Below, one piece after another: positions 53,421 through 64,000 of a stretch of DNA of 64,000 nt; within the stretch, counting starts at the first letter, position 1; every line of letters begins with the position of its first letter. Source of the DNA: Harriotta raleighana. Its lineage: Eukaryota. The notes beneath the pieces were generated by a model. The model did not search any database and was not told the DNA's origin. It saw nothing but the letters and a program-made list of their open reading frames with translations. The DNA is taken from assembly GCA_050575255.1 (NCBI GenBank), contig JBNZDD010013718.1:6874579-6938578 (forward strand), read 5' to 3'. Made by a program: the position numbers and the translations under genes.

Positions 53421-55299
53421 CACAAGATGTTAGCAAGGCTGAGAGATTTTACTTAACCTGAAAGACTTGAATTTTTTCTCCATAAAACTGAGGAGGTTAA
53501 GAGGTGACATGATAGAGATCTTTAAGATTATGAAGGGTAAATGGGAATAAATAATTTTCATTGGTTGGTCTGATAGGGAATATGTTTAAAGAAATTTTAA
53601 AAAGAATTAAATAGGACTTTAGGGGGAAAAAAATCATTAACCAGGGTAGATTGTGGAATTCTCTGCAATAATGTCTTTATTATTTTAAAGGTGAATTAGA
53701 TGCTTGAGAAAACAGAGAAGTAGGATTAGATTAGATGGTTCACATAGAGAAAGTACCACAGCAGATTTAACAGCTTGTTTTTGTTCTGCTCTGAATGTTT
53801 TATGATTTGCAGCCTCCATAATTCCTCAGTCTGGATATTATTTTAGAACATTTCAATTTCCTGTCTGGCAAAATTGAATCTGCCACTCCAACTTCCCCTC
53901 CAACAAAATCATCACCTCCACTGTAACTTCAATGCTCTGCGATTTGAGGACAAGGATTGATGCAGTTAGTTTTTTAGATTGAACGTATCAGGACACATGT
54001 AAAGGAAACAAGTGAAAAGAGAACACCAACGCAATGTGAATGAGATTACCGATTGACATGGGTTGAGAAGTTGGCAATGATCAGTGAATCATCCCTCAGA
54101 ATTCATGTTTAGACATAGAGAAATTCACTTTAAAAAGGAATCAAAGTGGTGGAGACATTATTGCCTTCTGAATAGCAAAAGGGAGAACGCGGAGGAGAAA
54201 AACAGAGAAAAAACTTCAAGTCTATCCAAACAATGAATTAAATTTTTTAGAACCTCCCTCTATATCTCCTTGCATGAACTTTACTTTTGTTAGGAGTCTG
54301 ACACATACAGAAAATCTTTGCTTCTCTTTGTCAAATTCTGGAGCATGTAATCTGTCCCATGGGATTGGGGAAGCAGGGGAGGAGGAGAGGTAGTTGACAA
54401 AACGCCATGTGGTTGGAGGCAAGATTAGAGATCCGATACTATATACTTAGAGATTGCTGGAATTAAACCAACAATAACTTTGCTGTATGAGCACTGTGCT
54501 TAATGTCACCCCACCCCCCGTATCCACCCCACCACCTCAGAGTCAGGCCCTGCTACTGTTGAGAGCTCCCTCCTGTGTGGAGAGCTCCGTGTGAGATGTT
54601 GTTTAATTTAGAGCATTTTACATGTTTCTGTGGGTTTGTAATTTTCCATTGGTAGTGGAGAGGGGTGGGGGTGGACAGTCAATGTAGTTTCTTTCAGCTA
54701 ATACCACTCCATAAAATATTATGTTCATGGTGTCATGAAGGTGGAATGGATTCATTAGTTGAACAGCCCTACATGGGAGGGGTGCTACTTATCAAGTGTT
54801 GTTATCACTTTAACAGCAGGTGACTCAATAGTAACTGGATTGAGGAAAAGTTCATCAAGGCAGTTTATGTTGGAAATTGATTCAAAACGAAACAAATGAT
54901 TTTTATTACCTGTTTGCTTAAACTGTAGAGCAATAAAGTTAGTTGCAAAGAAAACCTTTGCTTCTCTTTGCCCATTCTAAAGTGAAAACTAAAGTGAGCT
55001 GGCAGAAAGATCATGTCATTCTTATTTAAACTTGTTTTTGGGTGTAGGCCTGTATTTATGACCATGAAACCAAGATTAGATTAAAAACTCAACCTTCAAA
55101 TGCACTCGTGAGCACGCAAATACAATAAGTATTACAGATGGATGTACCTTAGTTTAATGTATGCTGGATGTATACAGTAAGATAAAAATAATTTTATAGG
55201 TAAATATTTTAGTTATCATTCTTTATGAATAATATACCTATTTTTCAATATCAAATGCATGATTATTTTGTTTTAATGTCAGATTGTGCAGAATTGTGA

Positions 55300-57420
55300 C
55301 TTTTTAAAGATAAATTTCAGCTTCCATTTGGAAGGAAGGCGGAGTGGGTCATGGCTTGGATGTCGGGGAGGAAAGACCAAAACACCTAGGTTCCTGATTG
55401 GCTTGGTGAAGTCGAGTGTACAACCATGGAGATTGATCATGCCAGTGCCCTATATGTGAAGGCGCTGGCGTGGGCTAATCAGGAGGGCATCTATCTTGCT
55501 GACATTCAACAGTAGAAAGTTAGCTCTCATCCAGGACGATGTCTGACACGCAGTCTGTCCAGGACAGTGGTCCTGGAATCAAGGGTAGAGGCAGAAAGAT
55601 GGTTGGGTGTCATCTGTATAAATGTGGAAGTTGACCCCATGTCTGCGGATGATGTCACCAAGGGGGAGCATGTAGATGTTAAAAAGTAGAGGGCCAAGGA
55701 CAGAACCCTGCGGGATGCCACAGGTGGCAGTGCAGGGAGAAAAAGCCATTGGTGGCGACAAAGTGGAGAAGGTGAGAATGGTAAGAAGGCAGGTCCATGA
55801 AAGTTGAGCTGGGAGAAGAAGGATGAGGATGGAGTGGTCAACAGTGTCAAAGGCAACAGAGAGATCGAGGAGAACAAGGAGGCAGAGAAAGCCCTGATCA
55901 CAGATGTTTAAAATGTCATTAGAGACTTTGACCAGGGCTACCTCCTTCTTATTAATATATATTAATGATCTGGACTTGGGTGTAGGGAGCACAGTTTCCA
56001 AGTTTGCAGATGATACTAAGTTAGGAAGAATAGTAAATAGTGAGGAGGATAGTAACCATCTGCAAGAAGATATAGATAAAATGGTAAAGTGGGCAGACAC
56101 ATGGCAGATGAAGTTTAATGCAGGGAAGTGTGAGGTGATACATTTTGGGAGAAGAAATGAGGGGAGGCAATATAGACTAGATAGTACAATTTTAAGAGGA
56201 GTGAGGGAATAGAGAGCCCTGTGATAGTGACTCTTTGAAGGTGGCAGGACAGGTAGACAAAGCCGTTAAGAAGGCATATGGGATACTAGACTTTATTAAT
56301 AGGGGTATAGATTACAAAAGTCAGAATGTTCTGACTAATCTGTATGAAACTTTGGTTAGGCCTCATCTAGAGTACTGCATCCAATTCTGGTCACCACACT
56401 ATAGAAAGGATGTTAAGGCATTGGAAAGGGTGCAAAGAAGGTTTACTAGAATGGTACCAGGATGCAGAGACTTCAGTTATAGGGAAAGGCTAGATAGGCT
56501 AGGTTTATTCTCTTTGGAACAGAGAAGGTTGAGAGGAGACCTAATAGAGGTTTATAAAATCATTCGACAAGGGAATAAGGAAAAATTGTTTCCACTGGTG
56601 GGTGAATCTGTGGCTCATGGTTGAAAATAGTTTCAAAGCGAAGCAGAGGAGAGCTGAGGAGAAATGTTTTCACTCAGCGGCTTGTTCGAATCTGGAATGC
56701 ATTGCCTGAAAAGGCTGTGGAGGCCAATTCGATAACAGCTTTTAAAAGAGAATTAGATATTTATTTAGGGAGAACGGGTCTGTTAGGTTATGGGGAGAAA
56801 GCTGGACAGTGGGATTGAGTGGCTCTTTTCTAAGAGCCGGCACAGACTAGATGGGCCGAATGGCCTCCTTTTGTGCCGAAAACTTCTATGATTCTATGGG
56901 CAGCACGGAAACTGGATTGTAAGGGGTTTAAAGATGTAATGGTGAGAGAGAAAGGAATGAAGCTGGGCCTTAGAGAGGAATGGGAAGTTGGAGACGGGGC
57001 AGCAGCTGGAGAGTAGGGATGGATCCAGGGAAGGTTTTTTCAGGAATGGTGTGATGAAGCTGATTTTAGAGGGGTGGGAACAGTGCCGTTAGTAAGAAGA
57101 GGTTGATGATGTCAATTAGGAGGGGGGCTAGTAAATGGAGCTGGGAGATGAGGACAGAGGTGGGGATGGGGTCGAGGTAGCAGGTAGTGGGTTTCATTTT
57201 CCAGATGAGAGCAGAGAGGACGGAGGAAGAGATAGGGTCAAAGGTGTGTAGTGGGAGGGTGGGTGGTGGATGGATCCTGAGGGGGAGGTAGTTGGGGGTA
57301 ATGGTAGATGGGGTAGAGGTGGCTGAATGGATTCCCTCAATTTTTAGATGGAGAAGAGGAACCTGGGGTTATCCTTGGCCTCTAAGATTATCTTGGAATA
57401 CAAGGAGGACTTGCCGGAGA
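55300..57420 (-). mobile_element. Decayed L2 RT fragment (about 55300-55938 and 56899-57420) split by a CR1 insertion
   Basis: [10 protein letters not shown]...[19 protein letters not shown]...[21 protein letters not shown]...HIYTDDTQ are RT motifs of the L2 clade. Confidence 0.88.
55941..56898 (+). mobile_element. 5'-truncated CR1 LINE
   Basis: IYINDLD...[10 protein letters not shown]...WQMKFN...LVRPHLEYCIQFWSP...RRLRGDLIEVYK, ending in a ttctatgattctatg tail. Confidence 0.93.
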
Positions 57421-58954
57421 CAAGAGCGGAGAACATGTTAAGACATTGATTCATACCAAGGGCTGAATAATTCATACCTTCTCCAGATGGGCCCTATTTA
57501 AAGTTTGGTTAATAGCACAGAACTCTTAACACTTTACTCAACATCAGAAAGACGTGTCCAAAGATCTTAAGTGCTGAGGCAAGAATATGTTCAAATATCT
57601 ACTAATACACGCACATACATGAACTACAACATGAAATGCGGTAGAATTCTATCACATTCAGACAGTGATATTTTATATACATCAGTAAAACACAAGAGGA
57701 ACAAACTGAAACTTCACATGCATTACTCACAAGCAATATTACATCAGATACTGTTCTGGTTTTTCCCATTAACTTAATCATAATAAGTGACCAAAGCAAT
57801 ATCATTCATTAGATAAAGACAGAAAAATTGAGTTGTGATTGCTTGTAATTCCCGTATTTCTCGTGTGCAGTAATGAATCATTTGAAGTCTGAGGAAAGTG
57901 AATTTGAGGATAAATCATTCTAAACAGTGCATTTTATGGTGATGCTGTTCTTCAGTTGGTTGGTGGCGCATGAAAGCTCTCTTTGGGAGAAAAGCGATGT
58001 TCTTTCTTGAACTAAGAAACATAAATTCTCATTCATTCATTGATCCTGGAAAAGGTCAACACTGGTATAAAGTTTTTGAGGATGCTTTGTGCAGGATACC
58101 AGAGTAGAGCCTTATTAGCCTTTATGATCACACCCAACATCAGATGCAGCTCAGCCACAAATCTCCCTTGACTGCGTCCAGCAATGTGCTTAACCCTAAT
58201 CTCAAAGGAATATTTCCTACGGCACATACGCAGTTTCTTGCTCCCTCACCACATCAATCATCACGTGATCTTGATGAACGAAATGGCCAAAGTATTACCA
58301 ATTAGTGGAAAATAGTGAGCTTTCTCTTTAATAGATTGAGGATTACTCAATGAAACTATTTTCTATTGTAATGTTATTGCTATTCGTATTCCAACCCAGC
58401 AATTCCATGAGTATTTTCAGGAACTGTGATAAGAAATATTTTATTTGAGGAGGCATCAGGTTCAGATTGGATTTGGCAAAAATTCAAATTTCTGAAGCTG
58501 ATAAGGGGCCTGCACCTTTAAGTAAATCAATTTATCATCACGTCCAGCAGAAGGAAGTATTGAATCTTTCTCCAGCATTCATTGATGCAACATCTGTCCA
58601 TTCCTAATTCATCCTGTCTACTTAAACACTGGAGTTCTGGTACAGTGGACTAGCAGATGTGCATTTCATTCACCTCTATACTGTAGCCCAGTCCTTGAAG
58701 ATTTAAACAGCTATTTACGATACAGTAATTGGCTTACAATGCTTGTAGTTGGTATCTATGAAATTGAGGTGTTTTATTAAATCCATCTGTCTTTCTAGGT
58801 GTTAACATCTTGCTATTAATGGCAATTTAGGCTATCGATTCTCGTAACCTCATTTATATTAATTAAAAGTGAAACTTGCAAGATGTATACCTGTCTGGTC
58901 ATGATAAGCAATATACAGTACTGATTAACTCTTAATTTTCCATCTTTGTTGCAG

Positions 58955-59146
58955 TATGCAACCTGCCAATCGATGAAGGACAGACAGGGAATAATTCAGG
59001 AATCAGAATTTATTACGATAAAATTACTGATAGCTGCAAGACGTTTTCATACAAAGGAAAGGGAGGAAATGGAAACAACTTTTTTCTTGACAAACATTGC
59101 ATGAGGAATTGTTCGAAAAGAGCAGAGGAGCTCTATCCAACTGATG
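58955..59146 (+). CDS. Double-Kunitz protein exon 2: Kunitz domain 1 (4 Cys, lacks the C14-C38 pair)
   Basis: ttgcag acceptor, G/gtatgt donor, 192 nt, phase 1-1. VCNLPIDEGQTGNNSGIRIYYDKITDSCKTFSYKGKGGNGNNFFLDKHCMRNCSKRAEELYPTD. Confidence 0.92.
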
Positions 59147-59378
59147 GTATGTAGCACGTGGATTAATAATAATATAAGTAAAGTCTGGACCTGCACAGTG
59201 AAAATGAAGTGATGATATCATTTGCATTATCTCTTCAACCATTTGTATTTACACAGCACCCTTTATGCAGTGCTTGAGCGCCTTACAGAAAAAAACATGA
59301 TTTTACCCATGCTGTGGATTTCCTCAGCAGTCTGGACATTCACTGTATCAAAGCTACTTTTGTTTTTTCTTATTACAG

Positions 59379-59552
59379 ATCGGGCATGTATGCTGCCAAT
59401 GAGCATGGGTGACTGCAAAGGTCACATCTTAATGTATTATTTTGATAGCATAAAGAAGCAATGCGTGAGTTTCCTATATGGAGGATGTGGCGGAAATGGC
59501 AACAGGTTCTTCCTACGGCGAATGTGCAAAACCTTCTGCGCCAGTAAAATAG
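59379..59552 (+). CDS. Double-Kunitz protein exon 3: canonical Kunitz domain 2 (P1 Lys)
   Basis: ttacag acceptor, G/gtatga donor, 174 nt. DRACMLPMSMGDCKGHILMYYFDSIKKQCVSFLYGGCGGNGNRFFLRRMCKTFCASKI: 6 Cys in BPTI spacing with the FxYGGCxGNxNxF signature. Confidence 0.95.
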
Positions 59553-59729
59553 GTATGACTACTTTCCCAGGTATTTCAAGCTGCACTGTGTCACCATTGA
59601 ATGATCGGAATTCTTCAACTTACTTTGCATTCAACATGATAGTGGGCCTTTATCGGTCACTGTCGCCAAGGTCAGCCCATTGAAAACAAAGAAAGATTCG
59701 AGGGTCACAGAAACAAAATATCAGACCAA

Positions 59730-59956
59730 CCTCTGGAATTCCATCCCACTGTCCCTCCACCTCGCCCCCTCCCTTGCCTCCTTTAAGACCCGCCTCAAGT
59801 TGCTCCTCTTCGACGGTCCCATTGGTCTCTCCAAATACCCCCCTTTCCCTCCACCCTCCCTGTCCCTAGCTTGTGTCTGAAACAATGACTGTCCAGTGCC
59901 TTAGGACATCCTCTTGACGTGAAAGGCACTATACAAAAGTAATTTTGTTGTTGTTG
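59730..59956 (+). mobile_element. L2 LINE 3' fragment
   Basis: LWNSIPLSLHLAPSLASFKTRLK followed by a GTGAAAGGCACTATA...(TTG)n tail. Confidence 0.8.
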
Positions 59957-60522
59957 TATGTGAGACCCGCCATGGTTGTAGAGTTTTCTGAAAGAGGGTT
60001 TTCCCCTTGGTGTAACATAAGAAATACTGGATGAAAAAAAGACCAAGGTTTTTCTAGTTCCACCTTTCTGGTGGTTGCATGCATGCGTTCCAAATTACCT
60101 ACGTACTATATACCATAATGGTATTTCCTAAAAGATGACTCATAAGAGCATAAGAAAACACAGATTGTAGCCACAATTGTAGACTCATTCCCATCACCAT
60201 CCCCATTTCTCCCCAAAAGCTGCCCCTGCTGAGTTTAGTTACCTACACTGTTTTGATTTCTGTCCTGTATATTGTTGCACCAGTGTTGTCTTTACACACT
60301 TTGAGAGTGTGTAAATTAATTGGGGGAGCTACAAGATGTATTGGAACAAACAGTAGGTAATTCTGAAATATTTAAGAAATATGTCAATATTTGAAATACC
60401 CTGAAAACCTGGATTTCAAAATTATATTGTTTTTTTTATGATCAATAAGGCTCTTTATTTTACCTTTTGAGTTTTCTTCCTGGAACATATGGTATCACCT
60501 CAATCATCAATCATAAAAGATA

Positions 60523-60656
60523 ATTTGTTTAGGGAGAACGGGTCTGTTAGGTTATGGGGAGAAAGCTGGGCAGTGGGATTGAGTTGCTCTTTTCAAAGAG
60601 TCGGCACAGACTAGATGGGCCGAATGGCCTCCTTTTATGCCCTAAAATTCTATGAT
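60523..60656 (+). mobile_element. CR1 3' end, same subfamily as 55941-56898
   Basis: Near-identical to about 56758-56892. Confidence 0.85.
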
Positions 60657-60808
60657 AGGGGTTAGGTTTCTCTTGAAAGTAAATGATTAGAACTGTTATT
60701 GAAATGTTGATTGATTCAGTTTGATTTAATGAGGTAACCTTCCATGACAGGGGAGATAGGTACTGTAACATGCCTTGAATTTCTTAACTCTCATGTCTTT
60801 GTTGAAAG

Positions 60809-60856
60809 GATCAGATCAGCCTGGCGCTGAAGACGATGAACCTGTTGCAAATGAGG
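60809..60856 (+). CDS. Double-Kunitz protein exon 4: acidic stalk
   Basis: gaaag acceptor, G/gtaagt donor, 48 nt, phase 1-1. GSDQPGAEDDEPVANE. Confidence 0.8.
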
Positions 60857-61830
60857 GTAAGTGGGAAGTTATATTTCCCGTCTTTTTGCCTGGACAAAAT
60901 CTGAATTTTCTGATGATTATGTTTATACAATACCAGATTTAACAGAGGTGAAGATTTTGTTCATACCCACTAAAATCCTCGTCCTCACTTTTGAATCTTT
61001 CCAGAATTGTGCTCCTCACTACGAATGGGTAGTTAACAAGATAACTATTAACAAGATACCAACCTGTCTGGTACTGGTCTGCTCTGTGTCCTCTGCCCCA
61101 TGTCTCCAGCCCTGCCCACCCCACCAATGGCCTTGAGCTTTTCTGCCCCCACTCCCTGGACTGCATTCCACCCACAAAAAATATACACAGTCAATTCACT
61201 TTACAGCATATTCTGTGAAGCGCTTTGGGACGTTGATAAGATGTGAAAAGCAAGGATTATTATTATTATTATTAACTAAATGCCAGAATCCGTTTGCCTC
61301 GCCCTCTCTCACCACCTTCAAGGCCTCTCTCAAGACCTTCCTCTGTGATCTATTAATCGAAAACTCCAAACAACAATTGCAAAGACCACATACCAGATCT
61401 TTTTATTTACATGGTTATGTGGCTATTTACATATCTCAGGATTAAATCATCATTAAATACATCTAGGTAGAGTGCACAACATTGAAGCTTTCTGTAGGAA
61501 CAGGCTCAATGGGTTCAATACATCTTTCTTGTGTTTCTTATTTTCTTGTTATATTAAATGAAGTCCAAAATTGTGGATAAACCCATAGGTAGTGCATGGC
61601 CCTCCCTAGGCCAATTATTAATGGTTGATGGACATGGATGAATATTTGATTGAAGCTGTTTTACTGGAAAGAGTTCTGGGAGGCAATTTAAGAACTCTGA
61701 TTAAAAAGGACTTGTAACACTATTAGACTGTCAGTAAGCAATAATCTGATTCATGTTTTTCATTTCTGGATTATACATATTTGATGCTTTTCACAATGTG
61801 TGAGCAAATTTTCTGGTGCTATTTTTGCAG

Positions 61831-61918
61831 CCCTGTTAATTGGACTGGGAATGGGATTCGCCTTGGTAGCCGTCGTGGCTGTGGCAGGTGTCATTTTGTT
61901 TCTGCAAAGAAAGAAATT
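61831..61918 (+). CDS. Double-Kunitz protein exon 5: transmembrane helix
   Basis: tttgcag acceptor, gtaaga donor, 88 nt. ALLIGLGMGFALVAVVAVAGVILFLQRKK. Confidence 0.88.
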
Positions 61919-62251
61919 GTAAGAATTAATTTTTTTCTTCAAATTTGTCAACAATTAAGTGTATTTTAACGATTGAATATATTTTATATTTGAAGCACAA
62001 TGAAAAGAGCCATTTTCCTTCAATATAAATTGTAAAGCCTAACTATATAATATATTTTGATCAAATTATCAATTTTTAAAACAACATTGGGGTTTAACCA
62101 GCTTTGGTGGAACCATTTTATTCGCCTTACTTGTTCTAGACAATCTTTCTAAAAAAAAATTAGGGCTGGCAAATAGTCAACGATTAATAGTTAACAAGCT
62201 GCTAATGACTGGAATGTGTGCTAATGACCTTTTTTTAAAAAAAACTTTTAG

Positions 62252-62315
62252 ACGTGAGAAGGCATCAAAAAATAGTCAAGGGGAATCTCTGACTGATGGG
62301 ATACAAATGAAGTGA
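62252..62315 (+). CDS. Double-Kunitz protein exon 6: cytoplasmic tail and stop TGA
   Basis: ttttag acceptor, phase 2 matches exon 5. (L)REKASKNSQGESLTDGIQMK*. AATAAA at 62349 and further copies downstream. Confidence 0.75.
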
Positions 62316-62348
62316 ACTGGAGTTGGAAAGCTCTTCTCTGCCCTGACT

Positions 62349-62354
62349 AATAAA
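62349..62354 (+). promoter_or_regulatory. Candidate polyadenylation signal for the Kunitz gene
   Basis: AATAAA 34 nt after the stop. More copies near 62423 and 62471. Confidence 0.5.
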
Positions 62355-64000
62355 GATTCAGCATGTTTGTAATCTGTGCGTATTCATGAACAAAATATTA
62401 TTTTTTAAAAACAATTTTAAAAAATAAACTTTTACTGGTTGCTTTTATATTTGTTTTACTTTGAATGTTAAATAAAAGTACCAAAATATTTTCTCTCACT
62501 CTAAAAGTGTTTCTTTATCTTAGTAATTATTTTGATTTATCTGTAGGCCTGATGAGCCACTTATTCGAGGAATTTTATTTGATCTGTTTTGCTGCGGGCT
62601 GTCTCTGTGCATTTCCTAACCTTCTGCCATAAGATATGGATGTAAAAAGTTAATATTTTTCCCCTAATGGACCAGACAGTTTCCAGGACTCATCTCGCTA
62701 TTATATTCTTGTTTCCATAACTTGACAGATGTTATAGCATTGTAAACTGCAGCTTTGCTACTGATTATTCACAATGAGAGTTTTGGGATTTTGTTTTTTC
62801 TTTCCCGTTGACAGTATTGTGGGATGCATGGATCTGTGTAGCAGAAATTCACTGACCAAGTGATAATATAGAAATATTGCTCTTCTGTACTGGTTACATA
62901 GAATGTGGGATTTATTTATACTATGACCTGAACAGGATCTCTTGCTTTAAAACACATACAGCACTGTGATTCAGCTGAATCCAGGTGAATGAGAAGAAAT
63001 GTTCAACACTATCAAACCAAGAAAATATCTGTATCAATACATTGGTGTTCTTATAACACCAGTCAATGTTGCTGTAACTATTAAGTGCATAGCAGGTGGT
63101 TTTCCGTTAAGTTTCCTCTGACTTTCCATCCTCTGGTAAGGAGCTGCTGACCCATAGAAGTGCAGCTGAGATCAGGAACTCAGTCAGTGAGGAAGCAATG
63201 CTGCATCTTGTCAGTCCTTTACTCTGGATGTTATGTTTGACTGGCTGTGGGTCCCACCATTTATTGACATTGCCTATTAGTGGACAAAGAAATAAAGCGC
63301 CATATTGTCTCTTTACCCCTTAGGTAATTTTGCAAAAATGCCAGTATATCAATAGAAAATTACAACATATGCTACTCATTCCAGACCAGATGCCTTCCAC
63401 AGATGGAATTCCCATGGAACCAATAAAGAAATTATGCTATATAATATACAATAACATTCTTATAACCTTCAATCTAGCCTTTCATTAGCATCTTTTAAAT
63501 AATATATATTATATTTTTAACAAAATAATAGTGTTAATTGATTTTGGTGTACATCCTCAAACATCACATGGATATTTATTCTGTGAAACACTTTGAGATG
63601 TCTCGAAGACATGATAAGGCGCAATGTCAAATGCAAGGATTATTATTATTCAGCATCTTTAAGATTTAGTTAATGTTCTGCTTCATTCCATTCTGGTATT
63701 TGCTTCAGGTTATGATATGGGGCAATAGAAAAGTGTAGAAATGTTTGCCAATAAAGGCAGGGAAATTTGCGAGTTTTGGGGAAAATTGCGGAAAGTGTAC
63801 CTTTGTTTTCATAATACACATTGGCAAAAGTAGAGGTATCAACATTTTCTATAGTTATACTGGAATCTCTTGTGCTCCACGTGTAAACAGCAGTATTTTA
63901 AAAACTTGTGCAGAGAGGATTACAGATGTTATTGCTTGTTTAATGAGTAATCAATGAATGGTGTGTTTGTTAACTACAAACTAATACATTACTGTATTTT

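Noticed and set aside
55579-56100. 173-aa ORF with RT-like text
   Set aside because: Chimera of antisense CR1 and L2 RT across the insertion junction.
55904-56818. Three RT-like ORFs as a possible active retroelement or novel RT system
   Set aside because: A 5'-truncated CR1 with a deletion and broken frames.
59222-59683. 153-aa ORF as a single-exon secreted Kunitz protein
   Set aside because: Strong splice sites bound 59379-59552, and the flanks are intron read-through.
1-64000. CRISPR arrays or prokaryotic systems
   Set aside because: The DNA is eukaryotic and intron-containing, with no regularly spaced repeat-spacer array.

Overview
Vertebrate genomic DNA. The repeat content (tRNA-head SINEs with a Deu-like core and L2-type tail, plus L2, CR1 and Penelope-like remnants) suggests a cartilaginous fish, possibly a chimaera; this is inference. 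Three spliced genes can be read by hand. (1) aph1b coding exons 2-6 (+, 102-6188), gamma-secretase subunit. (2) A complete ca12, carbonic anhydrase XII (-, ATG 39903 to stop 16831): 10 coding exons, 346 aa, plus a possible 33-nt cassette exon. (3) An unnamed 6-exon gene (+, 52092-62315) encoding a 216-aa type I membrane protein: signal peptide, an atypical 4-Cys Kunitz domain, a canonical P1-Lys Kunitz domain, acidic stalk, TM helix and short tail. The third gene is the most novel-looking element and is almost invisible in the ORF track. The rest is intronic or intergenic: many SINEs, L2/CR1 fragments (one CR1 nested in an L2) and two Tigger/pogo-type MITEs. Several duplications flanking single Ns look like assembly artefacts. 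Most ORF-track entries are spurious.
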